Origin: an uncultured Verrucomicrobiae bacterium
GTDB lineage: Bacteria > Verrucomicrobiota > Verrucomicrobiia > Chthoniobacterales > UBA10450
NCBI GenBank assembly: GCA_963756875.1
Contig: CAVWPA010000003.1
Coordinates: 576,001-640,000, forward strand
Length of the DNA: 64,000 bases
Direction: 5' to 3'
In this document: piece after piece, positions 1 through 8,416 of the stretch
How positions within the stretch are numbered: the first letter of the stretch is position 1
Layout: every line of letters starts with the position of its first letter
Program-made: the position numbers and the translations under genes
The notes under the pieces: model-generated
Seen by the model: the letters and a program-made list of their open reading frames with translations, nothing else
Database searches by the model: none
Told to the model about the DNA's origin: nothing

Positions 1-682
1 CAGGACCCTCCTGCGGCGCAAATCTCAGCGGGGCGCCCGCCTGATCGAGGGGCGCGCCCATCTTTTTCGCCAACATTTTCATCAGCGCGGGGGAAGCCAA
101 ATCAATGATCCAGTTTTGAAAGGGCGCTGAAGCGGCGAGATCCCTGGCAAGCGCCGCGACTTCCTCTTCGGTCAGGTAAACGAGCAACCCCTCGGTAACA
201 ATCAACACTCGGTTCGCTCGTCGGCCCAATTCTGAGAACAGTTCGCGACGAGCTGCGGCATTCGAGAGATCCAACCGAACACGCTCCAGCGCACACACCG
301 GCTTCTCGCTTCGAAGGATCTCTTCCTTGTATCCGAGAATTTCCGGCAGATCGACTTCGATCCATTGCAAAGAAGGGGGCAAGTCCATGCGGTACGGGCG
401 AGTGTCGAGCCCTGCGGCGAGATTGACGACCATGTCCGCGCCTTTGTGTATTTGATCGGAGATGAATTGGTCGAACAGCCACGTGCGCGCGACGAAAGGC
501 CAGGAATGTTTTTCGGTGAACGGGATGGACGCGGCGATGTGCTCCCCGCGTTCGCCTGCGAGTCTGCGCGCGAACGGATCGCGAAATACCGCGTCAGGCC
601 GTTCCGTTTCTCGCGCGCGATAAACGGCCACCCAACGCGCCGTGTCGGAGATATTGCGAATTTGTGATTCCGGCTCGTTCAT
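1..682 (-). CDS. Class I SAM-dependent methyltransferase, LCM (leucine carboxyl methyltransferase)-like; 3' end runs off the window
   Basis: Not in the ORF track because it has no stop in the window. Manual translation from ATG 682 gives MNEPESQIRNISDTARWVAVYRARETERPDAVFRDPFARRLAG...VVNLAAGLDTRPYR...WIEVDLPEI...IVTEGLLVYL, open to base 1. Confidence 0.85.
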   Translation of the reverse strand, partial: MNEPESQIRNISDTARWVAVYRARETERPDAVFRDPFARRLAGERGEHIAASIPFTEKHSWPFVARTWLFDQFISDQIHKGADMVVNLAAGLDTRPYRMDLPPSLQWIEVDLPEILGYKEEILRSEKPVCALERVRLDLSNAAARRELFSELGRRANRVLIVTEGLLVYLTEEEVAALARDLAASAPFQNWIIDLASPALMKMLAKKMGAPLDQAGAPLRFAPQEGP

Positions 683-713
683 CTGCTCTTTGAATATAAG
701 CCAGCGAAGAGGG

Positions 714-804
714 AAACGTCGAACGTCCAACGCTGAACGCCCAATGTCGAACTGGCATCTTCTGAATTGGACGTTGAGCGTTGGACGTTGGGCGTTCGGC
801 GTTT
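714..804. repeat. Inverted pair of AACGYCN heptamer arrays (long hairpin)
   Basis: AACGTCG AACGTCC AACGCTG AACGCCC AATGTCG ... TTGGACG TTGAGCG TTGGACG TTGGGCG TTCGGCG, directly downstream of the tRNA. Confidence 0.85.
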
Positions 805-820
805 GCTTCCTTCTTCGGAC

Positions 821-902
821 TGCCAGGGAGGGGACTCGAACCCCTAAGGATTGCTCCACCAGATCCTAAGTCTGGCGCGTCTGCCAATTTCGCCACCCTG
901 GC
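821..902 (-). tRNA. tRNA-Leu (anticodon TAG), CCA not encoded
   Basis: Reverse complement GCCAGGGTGGCGAAATTGGCAGACGCGCCAGACTTAGGATCTGGTGGAGCAATCCTTAGGGGTTCGAGTCCCCTCCCTGGCA: acceptor stem, D-loop, CCAGA/TCTGG anticodon stem with a CTTAGGA loop, long variable arm, GGTTCGAG T-loop. Confidence 0.97.
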
Positions 903-1050
903 TGCCGAAGTTTAGATTTTAAGTTCCGGATGCGTGAATTCAAACGCCGATTACAGCATGGATCTTCGCCGCGTTTTGACACAGAAACGTAACAAAACTC
1001 ACTTTGTCCTTGGCGTTCGTTAGGTGATAAATTGGTCCCAAGCTTCAAGG

Positions 1051-1905
1051 ATGCGATACCTCAATGCGCCGCAGCCTTCGCTTGCAGAGCCGGCCCGCGA
1101 AGTCGGCGGCGAGCGGCGTTTTCGCGCGGCTTGGATCTCGGACATTCACCTGGGCACGCGCAGCAGTAACGCGCTGGCATTGCTGGATTTTCTGCGAGAT
1201 CACGACGTGGCCACGCTTTATGTGGTGGGAGACCTCATTGATATCTGGCAGCTTCGGCGCGGGATTTACTGGCCACAGCAGCAAAATGACGTCATCCAGA
1301 AAATTTTGCGGAAGGCGCGAAAAGGGACGCATGTCATCTATATCCCGGGCAACCACGATGAGTTTGTGGCCGGGTTCGAGGGAAACTACGGGAACATCAC
1401 AATTCAGAAGCATGCAATCCACACTACGACCGACGGCCGGCGGATCCTGGTCATTCACGGGCATGAGCTGGACACGGTGGTGCAGAACGCGAAGTGGCTG
1501 GCGTTTGCCGGCGACGTTGGCTACCAATTTCTGTTATCGCTGAATCCGGCGATCAATTTCGTGCGCAGACACTTTGGCCTGGGCTATTGGTCGCTAAGCG
1601 CCTACGCCAAGAAGCGGGTTAAAGACGCGGTCAGTTTCGTGGGCCAATTTGAGAAGGCCGTCGCCCATTTTGCGGAGAAGTATTCGGTGGACGCGGTGCT
1701 CTGCGGTCATATTCACAGCGCCGCCATCCGGCAGATAGAAGACATTACGTATTATAATTGCGGCGATTGGGTGGAAACCTGCTCGGCGCTGGTCGAGCGC
1801 AACGATGGAACGATTGAAATGGTAAAGTACGAGCCGTTCTCCGCGGCGAGGCCGTCGTCGGTCCCTCCGCAACGCCTTATGCCTGTCGAGGCGGGCCGAA
1901 TGTGA
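1051..1905 (+). CDS. UDP-2,3-diacylglucosamine diphosphatase (LpxH-like) metallophosphoesterase
   Basis: Calcineurin-like motifs SDIHLG, GDLID, PGNHD, HGH, GHIH and NCGDW; ATG 1051 chosen as start. Confidence 0.85.
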   Translation: MRYLNAPQPSLAEPAREVGGERRFRAAWISDIHLGTRSSNALALLDFLRDHDVATLYVVGDLIDIWQLRRGIYWPQQQNDVIQKILRKARKGTHVIYIPGNHDEFVAGFEGNYGNITIQKHAIHTTTDGRRILVIHGHELDTVVQNAKWLAFAGDVGYQFLLSLNPAINFVRRHFGLGYWSLSAYAKKRVKDAVSFVGQFEKAVAHFAEKYSVDAVLCGHIHSAAIRQIEDITYYNCGDWVETCSALVERNDGTIEMVKYEPFSAARPSSVPPQRLMPVEAGRM

Positions 1906-2063
1906 GAGACATGAATCGACCGCGCGCCCGGTTGGACTGAACTTCTCTATTTCGCAGCATTAGACAAAATCATTCGCCGGCGGCGTCTAGTAATTGAATC
2001 CAATTGCAGATCTCCTGCATCCTATTGGTTAACGAATAAGCAGATGCGGCTACTTCTTTTCAT

Positions 2064-4481
2064 ATGATGACTGATCTTCGTTTCGCTCTTCGCCAATTAT
2101 TTAAATCGCCCGGGTTTACTTTGCTGGCGTTGATCACGCTGGCTTTGGGCATCGGGCTGAACACCGCCATCTTCAGCCTGATCAACGATCTGTTCCTAAA
2201 GGGCCTGCCTTTTAAGGAGCCGTCCCGGGTTTTGCACCTTTACTGCGGAGTGAAAGGCCAGGAACCGCTGAATTATCCGATCTCGGCGCCCCGCTTTCTG
2301 CATTATCGCGAAGGTCAGACAATTTTTTCGGGCATCGCCGCGGAGAGATTCTCCACGTTTACGCTCACGGGAGTGGGTGAGCCGGTCCAGTTCTTTGGCA
2401 GAAAAGTAACATCCAACTATTTTGACGTGCTCGGTGTTCGGCCCATTCACGGCCGCAATTTTCTGCCGAAGGAAGAAGAAACGGCTGACGTGGCGCTCGT
2501 GTCGGAGAATTTCTGGCAGAAACAACTGGGCGGCGATCCGAATGTCATCGGCCGCAGCATCACCCTGGATGGAGTGGCGCACACGATTGTCGGCGTTCTG
2601 CCGAACATGCCGGCCGCCTGGTTTGGGCCGAACGCACAAATCTGGACGACGAAACCGATGGAGATTCCCGGATTTTCCCACGAACGAATGATGCGCGGGA
2701 CCGGTTTTCTGCGGGTAATCGGCCGACTGAAACCCGGCGTGACTCTGCAGCAGGCGCGCGCGGCATTGCCTTCACTCGAACAGAGTTATCGTGCCGAGAA
2801 TCCCGGCAAGATAGACAGTCTCTTCGTCACCGTAGTGAAAACGTTGCCGGAGGATGTGAGCGGCGATTTGCGGCCGGCCTTTACAACACTGCTTGCCGCG
2901 GTGGCTTTCGTGTTGCTCATCGCGTGCAGCAACGTTGCCAATTTGTTGCTGGTTCGTTTCAGCGGCCGGCGCCGCGAGATCGCGTTGCGCATGGCGCTGG
3001 GCGCGTCGCGCGCGAGCGTTCTCCGGCTCTTCATTTTCGAAAGTCTGCTGGTAAGCGTGGCGGCGGGCGTCGTAGGTGCTTTGCTGGCGTGGCGGTTGGT
3101 GCCGCTCGTTCCGAAAATGGCGGCGAACTTTCTCCCGCTCGAGCCCACGAACGGTGCGGGACTTTCGATCCCGGTGCTTGGATTCACCGTTGCGCTTTCG
3201 CTGCTTACAGGATTGCTCATGGGAATTTATCCCGCGTGGCAAAGCTCGCGCGCCGATCTGGTGGAGGGCCTCAAGGAAGGCGGTCGCGGAACCAGCGGCA
3301 GCCTTCGTCAGCAACGCTTTCGGAAAGTTCTGGTCGGCGCGCAGGTCGCGCTCTCGGTCACATTAGTCGCAGGCGCGGCCCTGCTGATTACCAGTTTTGT
3401 GCAATTGAGCCGGCAGAATATTGGCTTCAACCCCGAAAACCTCTGGGTGGGCGGCATCACGCTGCGTCAGGCTCAATACCCGGATGTTGCCACCCGCGCG
3501 CGATTTATCGACAGGACCCTGGCCGCGTTGCACGCCGTTCCCGGGATCGAAAGCGCGTCGCTCAGCTCCGACATTCCTTTGAACGGCGGAAGCCTGGTCT
3601 TTTACGCGCGTGCCGACCGTGAAGTTTTGCCCGTGGAGAAGCGTGCAGCGGCTCCCGGACATGAAGTTTCGCTGGGATATTTTCGCAACTGGGGGATTCC
3701 CATTTTATCCGGACGCGACTTCAACAAACATGATACTGCCGATGTGCAGAAAGTGGTGCTGATTAGTCAGGCAGGCGCGCGAAAAGTTTTTGGCAACGAA
3801 AATCCAATCGGCCACACGCTTTTGCTGACGAGCGACGGTGTGCCGGCGCAAATTATTGGCATTGTGGGAGACGTGCGCGGGCAGCGAGTGGCCCAACCGA
3901 CAGACATGGAATTTTACCGGTCGCTGGCGCAGGCCAATTTCCCATTCTTCAGTATCGCGGTCCGCAGCAGACTCAAACCGGAACCGGTGACCAAGCTTGT
4001 GCAATCGGCGCTGGCCCCGATCGATCCCGGGCTTGCCATCGCCCAACCGCAAGCGATGGACACGATCGTCGCCCAGGCGCTGGGCCAGGCGCGATTGATG
4101 ATGTGGTTGCTTGGGATCTTTGCGGGCGTTGCTTTGTTGCTGGCCACGGTGGGGATTTACGGCGCGGTTGCTTACACGGTTGAGCAGCGCACCGGGGAAA
4201 TCGGCGTGCGTATGGCGCTCGGCGCGCAGACCGCCGACATCCTGCGATTAATCGTAAACCAGGGGATGCGACCTGTCGTTTTTGGTCTGGTCGCCGGTTT
4301 AGCAGCGGCGCTTGCGCTGGGACGGTTGATTGCTTCGCAGCTTTATCAAACTTCGACGCACAGTCCGACACTGCTTTCGGCCACGCTCGTCATTCTCGGT
4401 GCGGCGGCGTTGGCCGCCTGTCTGATTCCTGCGAAGCGCGCAACGCTTGTCAATCCTGTCGAAGCGTTGCGGGCGGAATAG
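2064..4481 (+). CDS. ABC transporter permease, duplicated MacB/FtsX type (ADOP-like)
   Basis: DLRFALRQLFKSPGFT...LALGIG N-terminus; two MacB-PCD/FtsX halves (ACSNVANLLL..RRREIALRMALGA; EIGVRMALGA); ends NPVEALRAE. Confidence 0.92.
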   Translation: MMTDLRFALRQLFKSPGFTLLALITLALGIGLNTAIFSLINDLFLKGLPFKEPSRVLHLYCGVKGQEPLNYPISAPRFLHYREGQTIFSGIAAERFSTFTLTGVGEPVQFFGRKVTSNYFDVLGVRPIHGRNFLPKEEETADVALVSENFWQKQLGGDPNVIGRSITLDGVAHTIVGVLPNMPAAWFGPNAQIWTTKPMEIPGFSHERMMRGTGFLRVIGRLKPGVTLQQARAALPSLEQSYRAENPGKIDSLFVTVVKTLPEDVSGDLRPAFTTLLAAVAFVLLIACSNVANLLLVRFSGRRREIALRMALGASRASVLRLFIFESLLVSVAAGVVGALLAWRLVPLVPKMAANFLPLEPTNGAGLSIPVLGFTVALSLLTGLLMGIYPAWQSSRADLVEGLKEGGRGTSGSLRQQRFRKVLVGAQVALSVTLVAGAALLITSFVQLSRQNIGFNPENLWVGGITLRQAQYPDVATRARFIDRTLAALHAVPGIESASLSSDIPLNGGSLVFYARADREVLPVEKRAAAPGHEVSLGYFRNWGIPILSGRDFNKHDTADVQKVVLISQAGARKVFGNENPIGHTLLLTSDGVPAQIIGIVGDVRGQRVAQPTDMEFYRSLAQANFPFFSIAVRSRLKPEPVTKLVQSALAPIDPGLAIAQPQAMDTIVAQALGQARLMMWLLGIFAGVALLLATVGIYGAVAYTVEQRTGEIGVRMALGAQTADILRLIVNQGMRPVVFGLVAGLAAALALGRLIASQLYQTSTHSPTLLSATLVILGAAALAACLIPAKRATLVNPVEALRAE

Positions 4482-4493
4482 GTAACGCCGCAT

Positions 4494-4531
4494 GTCCCAA
4501 AAACGGAACAGCATCTTCCCAGACATGGAAC
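4494..4531. promoter_or_regulatory. Tandem enhancer (UAS) sites for a sigma-54 activator, copy 1
   Basis: GTCCC-N6-GGAAC (4494) and TTCCC-N6-GGAAC (4516), 22 bp apart; same layout as at 7825/7847. Confidence 0.65.
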
Positions 4532-4608
4532 ATCTGCGACCGCTTCATTCGAACCTGCCGAATCTCAATTGTCTGGAGTCCAGCTATTTATAACTGCAGT
4601 TCATTTCG

Positions 4609-4624
4609 TGGCACACGGGGTGCA
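4609..4624 (+). promoter_or_regulatory. Sigma-54 (-24/-12) promoter
   Basis: TGGCACACGGGGTGCA: GG-N10-GC spacing, 29 nt before ATG 4654. Confidence 0.7.
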
Positions 4625-4653
4625 TAACGAGTGGCATCAACCAAACAAAACCT

Positions 4654-4869
4654 ATGAACGAACAATTCGAATCCACTTACGCCCTGTTAATGCGCTCGGA
4701 AGAAAAAGGACGCAGCATTCTGGAAATTGTGCTCTACGCCGCCTTCATTCTCAGTGCGATCGCCGGTATCTGGCAGCTTGCACAAACTCCGGTAAACATT
4801 ACTGCTCCCGGACTGGAGCGGTGCACTGTATGCCAAATCTCCGACGCGCAGGTTCCTGAGCGGAGCTAA
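4654..4869 (+). CDS. Small single-TM hypothetical protein (71 aa)
   Basis: ATG after an A-rich leader, hydrophobic segment ILEIVLYAAFILSAIAGIWQLA, directly downstream of a sigma-54 promoter. Confidence 0.7.
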   Translation: MNEQFESTYALLMRSEEKGRSILEIVLYAAFILSAIAGIWQLAQTPVNITAPGLERCTVCQISDAQVPERS

Positions 4870-5012
4870 AGCTAATCCACTCAGCACTCATCGGGCGACC
4901 ATTAGCTGCGCGGAAGTTGCGTCTTTCCGATGGTTATTTCGCGCAGCGAGTGACGGTAGATTCAGCTTTCATCGGATTGACACCGCGCCGGAAACGCGGT
5001 TGAGAAGTAGCC

Positions 5013-6359
5013 GTGGCCAGAGTCTTAATCGCGGATGATCAGCGCGACGTGCTTGAAGCGCTTCGCATTCTTCTAAAGAGCGAAGGCCACCAGACCGATG
5101 CGGTGACTTCGCTGGCAGGCGTTTTCAACTCGTTGGAAAAGCGAGATTACTCGCTCCTGATGATGGATCTTAATTACACGCGTGACACGACCTCGGGTCA
5201 GGAAGGCCTGGAAGTTATCCCAAAGATTCAGCAGATCGACGGCACTTTGCCGATCGTAGTCATGACGGCCTGGGCAACGATCGATCTTGCGGTTGAGGCG
5301 ATGAAACGCGGCGCGCGCGATTTCGTGACAAAACCGTGGGACAACGAACGGTTGTTGACGATTGTCCGTACGCAGATCGAACTTGCCGGGGCCTTGCGCC
5401 GCGGCCAAAAGCTCGAGGCGGAAAACCAGCTGCTCCGCGGCACTGCGCCGAATCTCATCGCGGAATCTTCCACGATGCGGCCGGTCATCGAAATGATCTC
5501 ACAGGTCGCGCCATCCGACGCGAATGTGCTGGTCACCGGAGAAAACGGAACGGGAAAGGGATTGGTGGCGCAAGCGCTCCACTCGCTCTCGCCGCGCGCT
5601 GCCAAATCGATGATTACGGTAAACATGGGCGGCCTCTCCGAGACACTTTTCGAGAGCGAGCTGTTTGGACACGTGAAAGGAGCATTCACCGATGCCAAGA
5701 GCGATCGCGCCGGCCGATTCGAGCTCGCGGACGGAAGCACGCTTTTTATGGACGAAATCGCGAACATTCCGCTCAATCAGCAGGCAAAATTGCTCCGCGT
5801 GATCGAGACCGGCGAATTCGAGCGGGTAGGTTCTTCAAGAACCTTGCACGCAAATGTTCGGATTATTTCCGCCACGAACGCGAACCTGAATGATGAAGTT
5901 GCTGCCGGTCGCTTTCGTCGGGATTTGCTCTTCCGGTTAAACACAATCGAAATCCCGTTGCCTCCGCTGCGCGACCGGCGCGACGATATCATGCCGCTGG
6001 CGGGGCATTTTTTGCGCCAGCATGTCCAGCGGTATCGCAAACAGATTGCCGGGTTCGACGAAACGGCCCGGGAACGGCTGATGCAACATTCTTTTCCGGG
6101 CAATGTTCGAGAACTGGATCACGTCATCGAGCGCGCTGTTTTGATGACGCGCAGCCCGCAGATCAAAGCGGCGGACCTGGGTCTGGCGACTGGCCGGGAC
6201 GATTCACGAAGTCTCGAAGAGATGAGCCTCGAAGAAGTCGAAGCTTTTCTGATCAAAAAAGCGCTGGCGAGAAATGACGGGAACGCGCGCAAAGCCGCCG
6301 AGGCGCTGGGGTTGAGTCGAAGCGCATTTTATCGGCGGCTTCAACAATATGGATTATGA
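5013..6359 (+). CDS. Sigma-54-dependent response regulator (NtrC family: REC-AAA+-Fis HTH)
   Basis: REC (IADD...MDLN...KPW), Walker A GENGTGKG, ESELFGHVKGAFTDA, FPGNVREL, C-terminal HTH AAEALGLSRSAFYRRL. Confidence 0.95.
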   Translation: MARVLIADDQRDVLEALRILLKSEGHQTDAVTSLAGVFNSLEKRDYSLLMMDLNYTRDTTSGQEGLEVIPKIQQIDGTLPIVVMTAWATIDLAVEAMKRGARDFVTKPWDNERLLTIVRTQIELAGALRRGQKLEAENQLLRGTAPNLIAESSTMRPVIEMISQVAPSDANVLVTGENGTGKGLVAQALHSLSPRAAKSMITVNMGGLSETLFESELFGHVKGAFTDAKSDRAGRFELADGSTLFMDEIANIPLNQQAKLLRVIETGEFERVGSSRTLHANVRIISATNANLNDEVAAGRFRRDLLFRLNTIEIPLPPLRDRRDDIMPLAGHFLRQHVQRYRKQIAGFDETARERLMQHSFPGNVRELDHVIERAVLMTRSPQIKAADLGLATGRDDSRSLEEMSLEEVEAFLIKKALARNDGNARKAAEALGLSRSAFYRRLQQYGL

Positions 6360-7780
6360 ACTGTGGAGGCGGCCTCGCGTGCCGGCTGGCGGCAAGTCCA
6401 AACACTTCGCTGGGCGACACCTTCGCCGCGCACAGGGCAGAAATGAATCCGGCGATCGAAGAAGGCCGGCATCGTGTTTCGCACGAGAACCATCTGACAT
6501 GGCTCGCCTTCGGAGCCGCTGCGCCGGCGATTGTCGTCGTCCTTATCATTCTTTGGTTTGGGGATTACAGCGCCAAGGTGCAATGGACGCTGACCCTTCT
6601 CATTATCGGCTCCTTTGTGGGATTCATCGCCAGCGCTCGCGAACGTCTCGTTCGTCCGCTGCAAACAATGACGAATCTCCTGGCGGCGCTGCGGGAAGGA
6701 GACTATTCGATCCGCGCGCGCGGCGCGCGAGACAACGATGCTCTTGGCGAGGCGCTCCTTGAAATCAATTTGTTAGGCGAAACGCTGCGCGTGCAGCGAC
6801 TTGGCGCATTCGAAGCGACCGCGCTGCTTCGCACGATCATGGCGGAGATCGACGTGGCAGTATTTACCTTCGATCCCGACCGGCGCCTGCGCTTGGTGAA
6901 TCGCGCCGGCGAACATTTGCTCGGGCATCCCATGGACAAACTGCTCGGCCGCAACGCAGACCAGCTGGGACTCGCGATTTGCCTGGATTCGAACGAAGAC
7001 GCGCCGCTCACGTTGAATTTTCCCGGCGCGTCCGGGCGGTGGGGTGTTCGACGAAGCACTTTTCGCGAACACGGCTTGCCGCATGAGTTGCTGGTGCTCA
7101 CCGATCTCAGCCGCACCTTGCGCGAAGAAGAACGCAGCGCGTGGCAGCGGCTCGTTCGCGTGCTCGGACACGAAATGAACAACTCGCTGGCGCCGATCAA
7201 ATCGATCGCTGCCAGCCTGGAGACACTTCTTCAACGTCAACCGCCGCCGGTCGACTGGCAGGACGATGCGCGCAGCGGCTTGAAGTCGATTGCTGCGAGA
7301 GCAGGCGCGCTGAGCCGTTTTATGGAAGCGTACGCCAGGCTGGCGCGTTTGCCCCCGCCGCAAAAAGAAGACATCGATCTTGGAGAACTCGTTCGGCGGG
7401 TGGTGAATCTGGAGCCGCGTTTGCGAGTGAATGTTTTACCGGGTCCGGAAGCAAGAATCAGCGCCGATGCTGCTCAGATCGAGCAGGCATTGATCAATCT
7501 CGTGCACAACGCGGTCGATGCGTCACTGGAAACTGGCGGCAAAGTTTCGATGGGCTGGCGCGCGAACGGAGACTGCGTGGAAGTTTTTATCGACGACGAG
7601 GGTCATGGAATCATGAACCCGACCAATTTGTTCGTTCCGTTTTTCACAACCAAACCGGAAGGGTCCGGCATCGGTCTGGCGCTCAGCCGCCAGATTGCGG
7701 AAGCGCACGGCGGTTCGCTCAGCGTCAGCAACCGCCTCAATCGCGCCGGAGCGGAAGCGCTGCTTCGGATTCCTCGTTAG
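6356..7780 (+). CDS. Membrane sensor histidine kinase (NtrY-like, PAS-HisKA-HATPase)
   Basis: Two TMs, H-box VLGHEMNNSLAPI, N-box NLVHNAVDA, DEGHGI, FFTTKPEGSGIGL. ATGA overlap with the regulator; alternative start ATG 6443. Confidence 0.92.
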   Translation: MNCGGGLACRLAASPNTSLGDTFAAHRAEMNPAIEEGRHRVSHENHLTWLAFGAAAPAIVVVLIILWFGDYSAKVQWTLTLLIIGSFVGFIASARERLVRPLQTMTNLLAALREGDYSIRARGARDNDALGEALLEINLLGETLRVQRLGAFEATALLRTIMAEIDVAVFTFDPDRRLRLVNRAGEHLLGHPMDKLLGRNADQLGLAICLDSNEDAPLTLNFPGASGRWGVRRSTFREHGLPHELLVLTDLSRTLREEERSAWQRLVRVLGHEMNNSLAPIKSIAASLETLLQRQPPPVDWQDDARSGLKSIAARAGALSRFMEAYARLARLPPPQKEDIDLGELVRRVVNLEPRLRVNVLPGPEARISADAAQIEQALINLVHNAVDASLETGGKVSMGWRANGDCVEVFIDDEGHGIMNPTNLFVPFFTTKPEGSGIGLALSRQIAEAHGGSLSVSNRLNRAGAEALLRIPR

Positions 7781-7824
7781 AGCAAAAATAGGAGACGCTC
7801 TGCGCAACGAGCGCCTCTAGAACA

Positions 7825-7862
7825 GTCCCAAAAGCGGGACGAAGGAGTCCCGCAACTGGAGC
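7825..7862. promoter_or_regulatory. Tandem enhancer (UAS) sites for a sigma-54 activator, copy 2
   Basis: Perfect inverted repeat GTCCC-N6-GGGAC (7825) and GTCCC-N6-GGAGC (7847), 22 bp apart. Confidence 0.7.
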
Positions 7863-7938
7863 AGTTTTTCTAACATCGTTTTTTTGATCATGTTGTAAAC
7901 TGCTTATGTTCAATTATTTGTGACTTTGTTTTGTGCGG

Positions 7939-7954
7939 TGGCACGCGCATTGCA
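7939..7954 (+). promoter_or_regulatory. Sigma-54 (-24/-12) promoter
   Basis: TGGCACGCGCATTGCA matches the consensus TGGCACG-N4-TTGC exactly. Confidence 0.85.
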
Positions 7955-8032
7955 ATAGGGAGCGCGCGACAGGAAAAACTTGAATCCAATCAGTCACCGA
8001 GACGCATCTTAAAAGAACAAAGCATTATTAAT

Positions 8033-8323
8033 ATGAAACCCGTTTCACTCATTCAGAACAGCCAGCAGGACGCGAATCGCCGCTTTCCGGTGATCGACCG
8101 CAATTATCACGCGCTCGAGCTTGGCGAATTCAAATCGCGCTGCGCCGGAACATTGCCTTCCTCTTTCGCACAGATTAGCTGCAACTATTTTAACGTCGAA
8201 GCGCGCCGCCATTTTCTCATCGAAGGCGTTTTGTTTGCCATGATCGCGGTCACGGCGATGCCCGCGATTTGGGATTGCGGTCGCGCGATTATCCAACTGC
8301 TGCGCGCGGTCGGTGGAATGTGA
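8033..8323 (+). CDS. Small hypothetical protein with C-terminal TM (96 aa)
   Basis: ATG 8033 after an AT-rich leader; MKPVSLIQ...YFNVEARRHFLIEGVLFAMIAVTAMPAIW; first gene after the sigma-54 promoter. Confidence 0.7.
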   Translation: MKPVSLIQNSQQDANRRFPVIDRNYHALELGEFKSRCAGTLPSSFAQISCNYFNVEARRHFLIEGVLFAMIAVTAMPAIWDCGRAIIQLLRAVGGM

Positions 8324-8416
8324 TGTAGCGGAAACTCAACCCCGATGGCAAATCCCGAAAGAAAAACGGAAAATACGATTGTGCGGCCCACCGGGTTCAC
8401 CTCGAACTTGTCCTCG

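Noticed and set aside
594..896. ORFs over tRNA/repeat regions (e.g. 594-896, 642-869, 39573-39809, 50481-50979)
   Set aside because: They are translations of the tRNA or heptamer arrays (NAERPTSN, STFYFLL repeats), not plausible proteins.
821..902. tRNA-Leu as an integration site
   Set aside because: No integrase nearby and no duplicated tRNA 3' end seen in the window.
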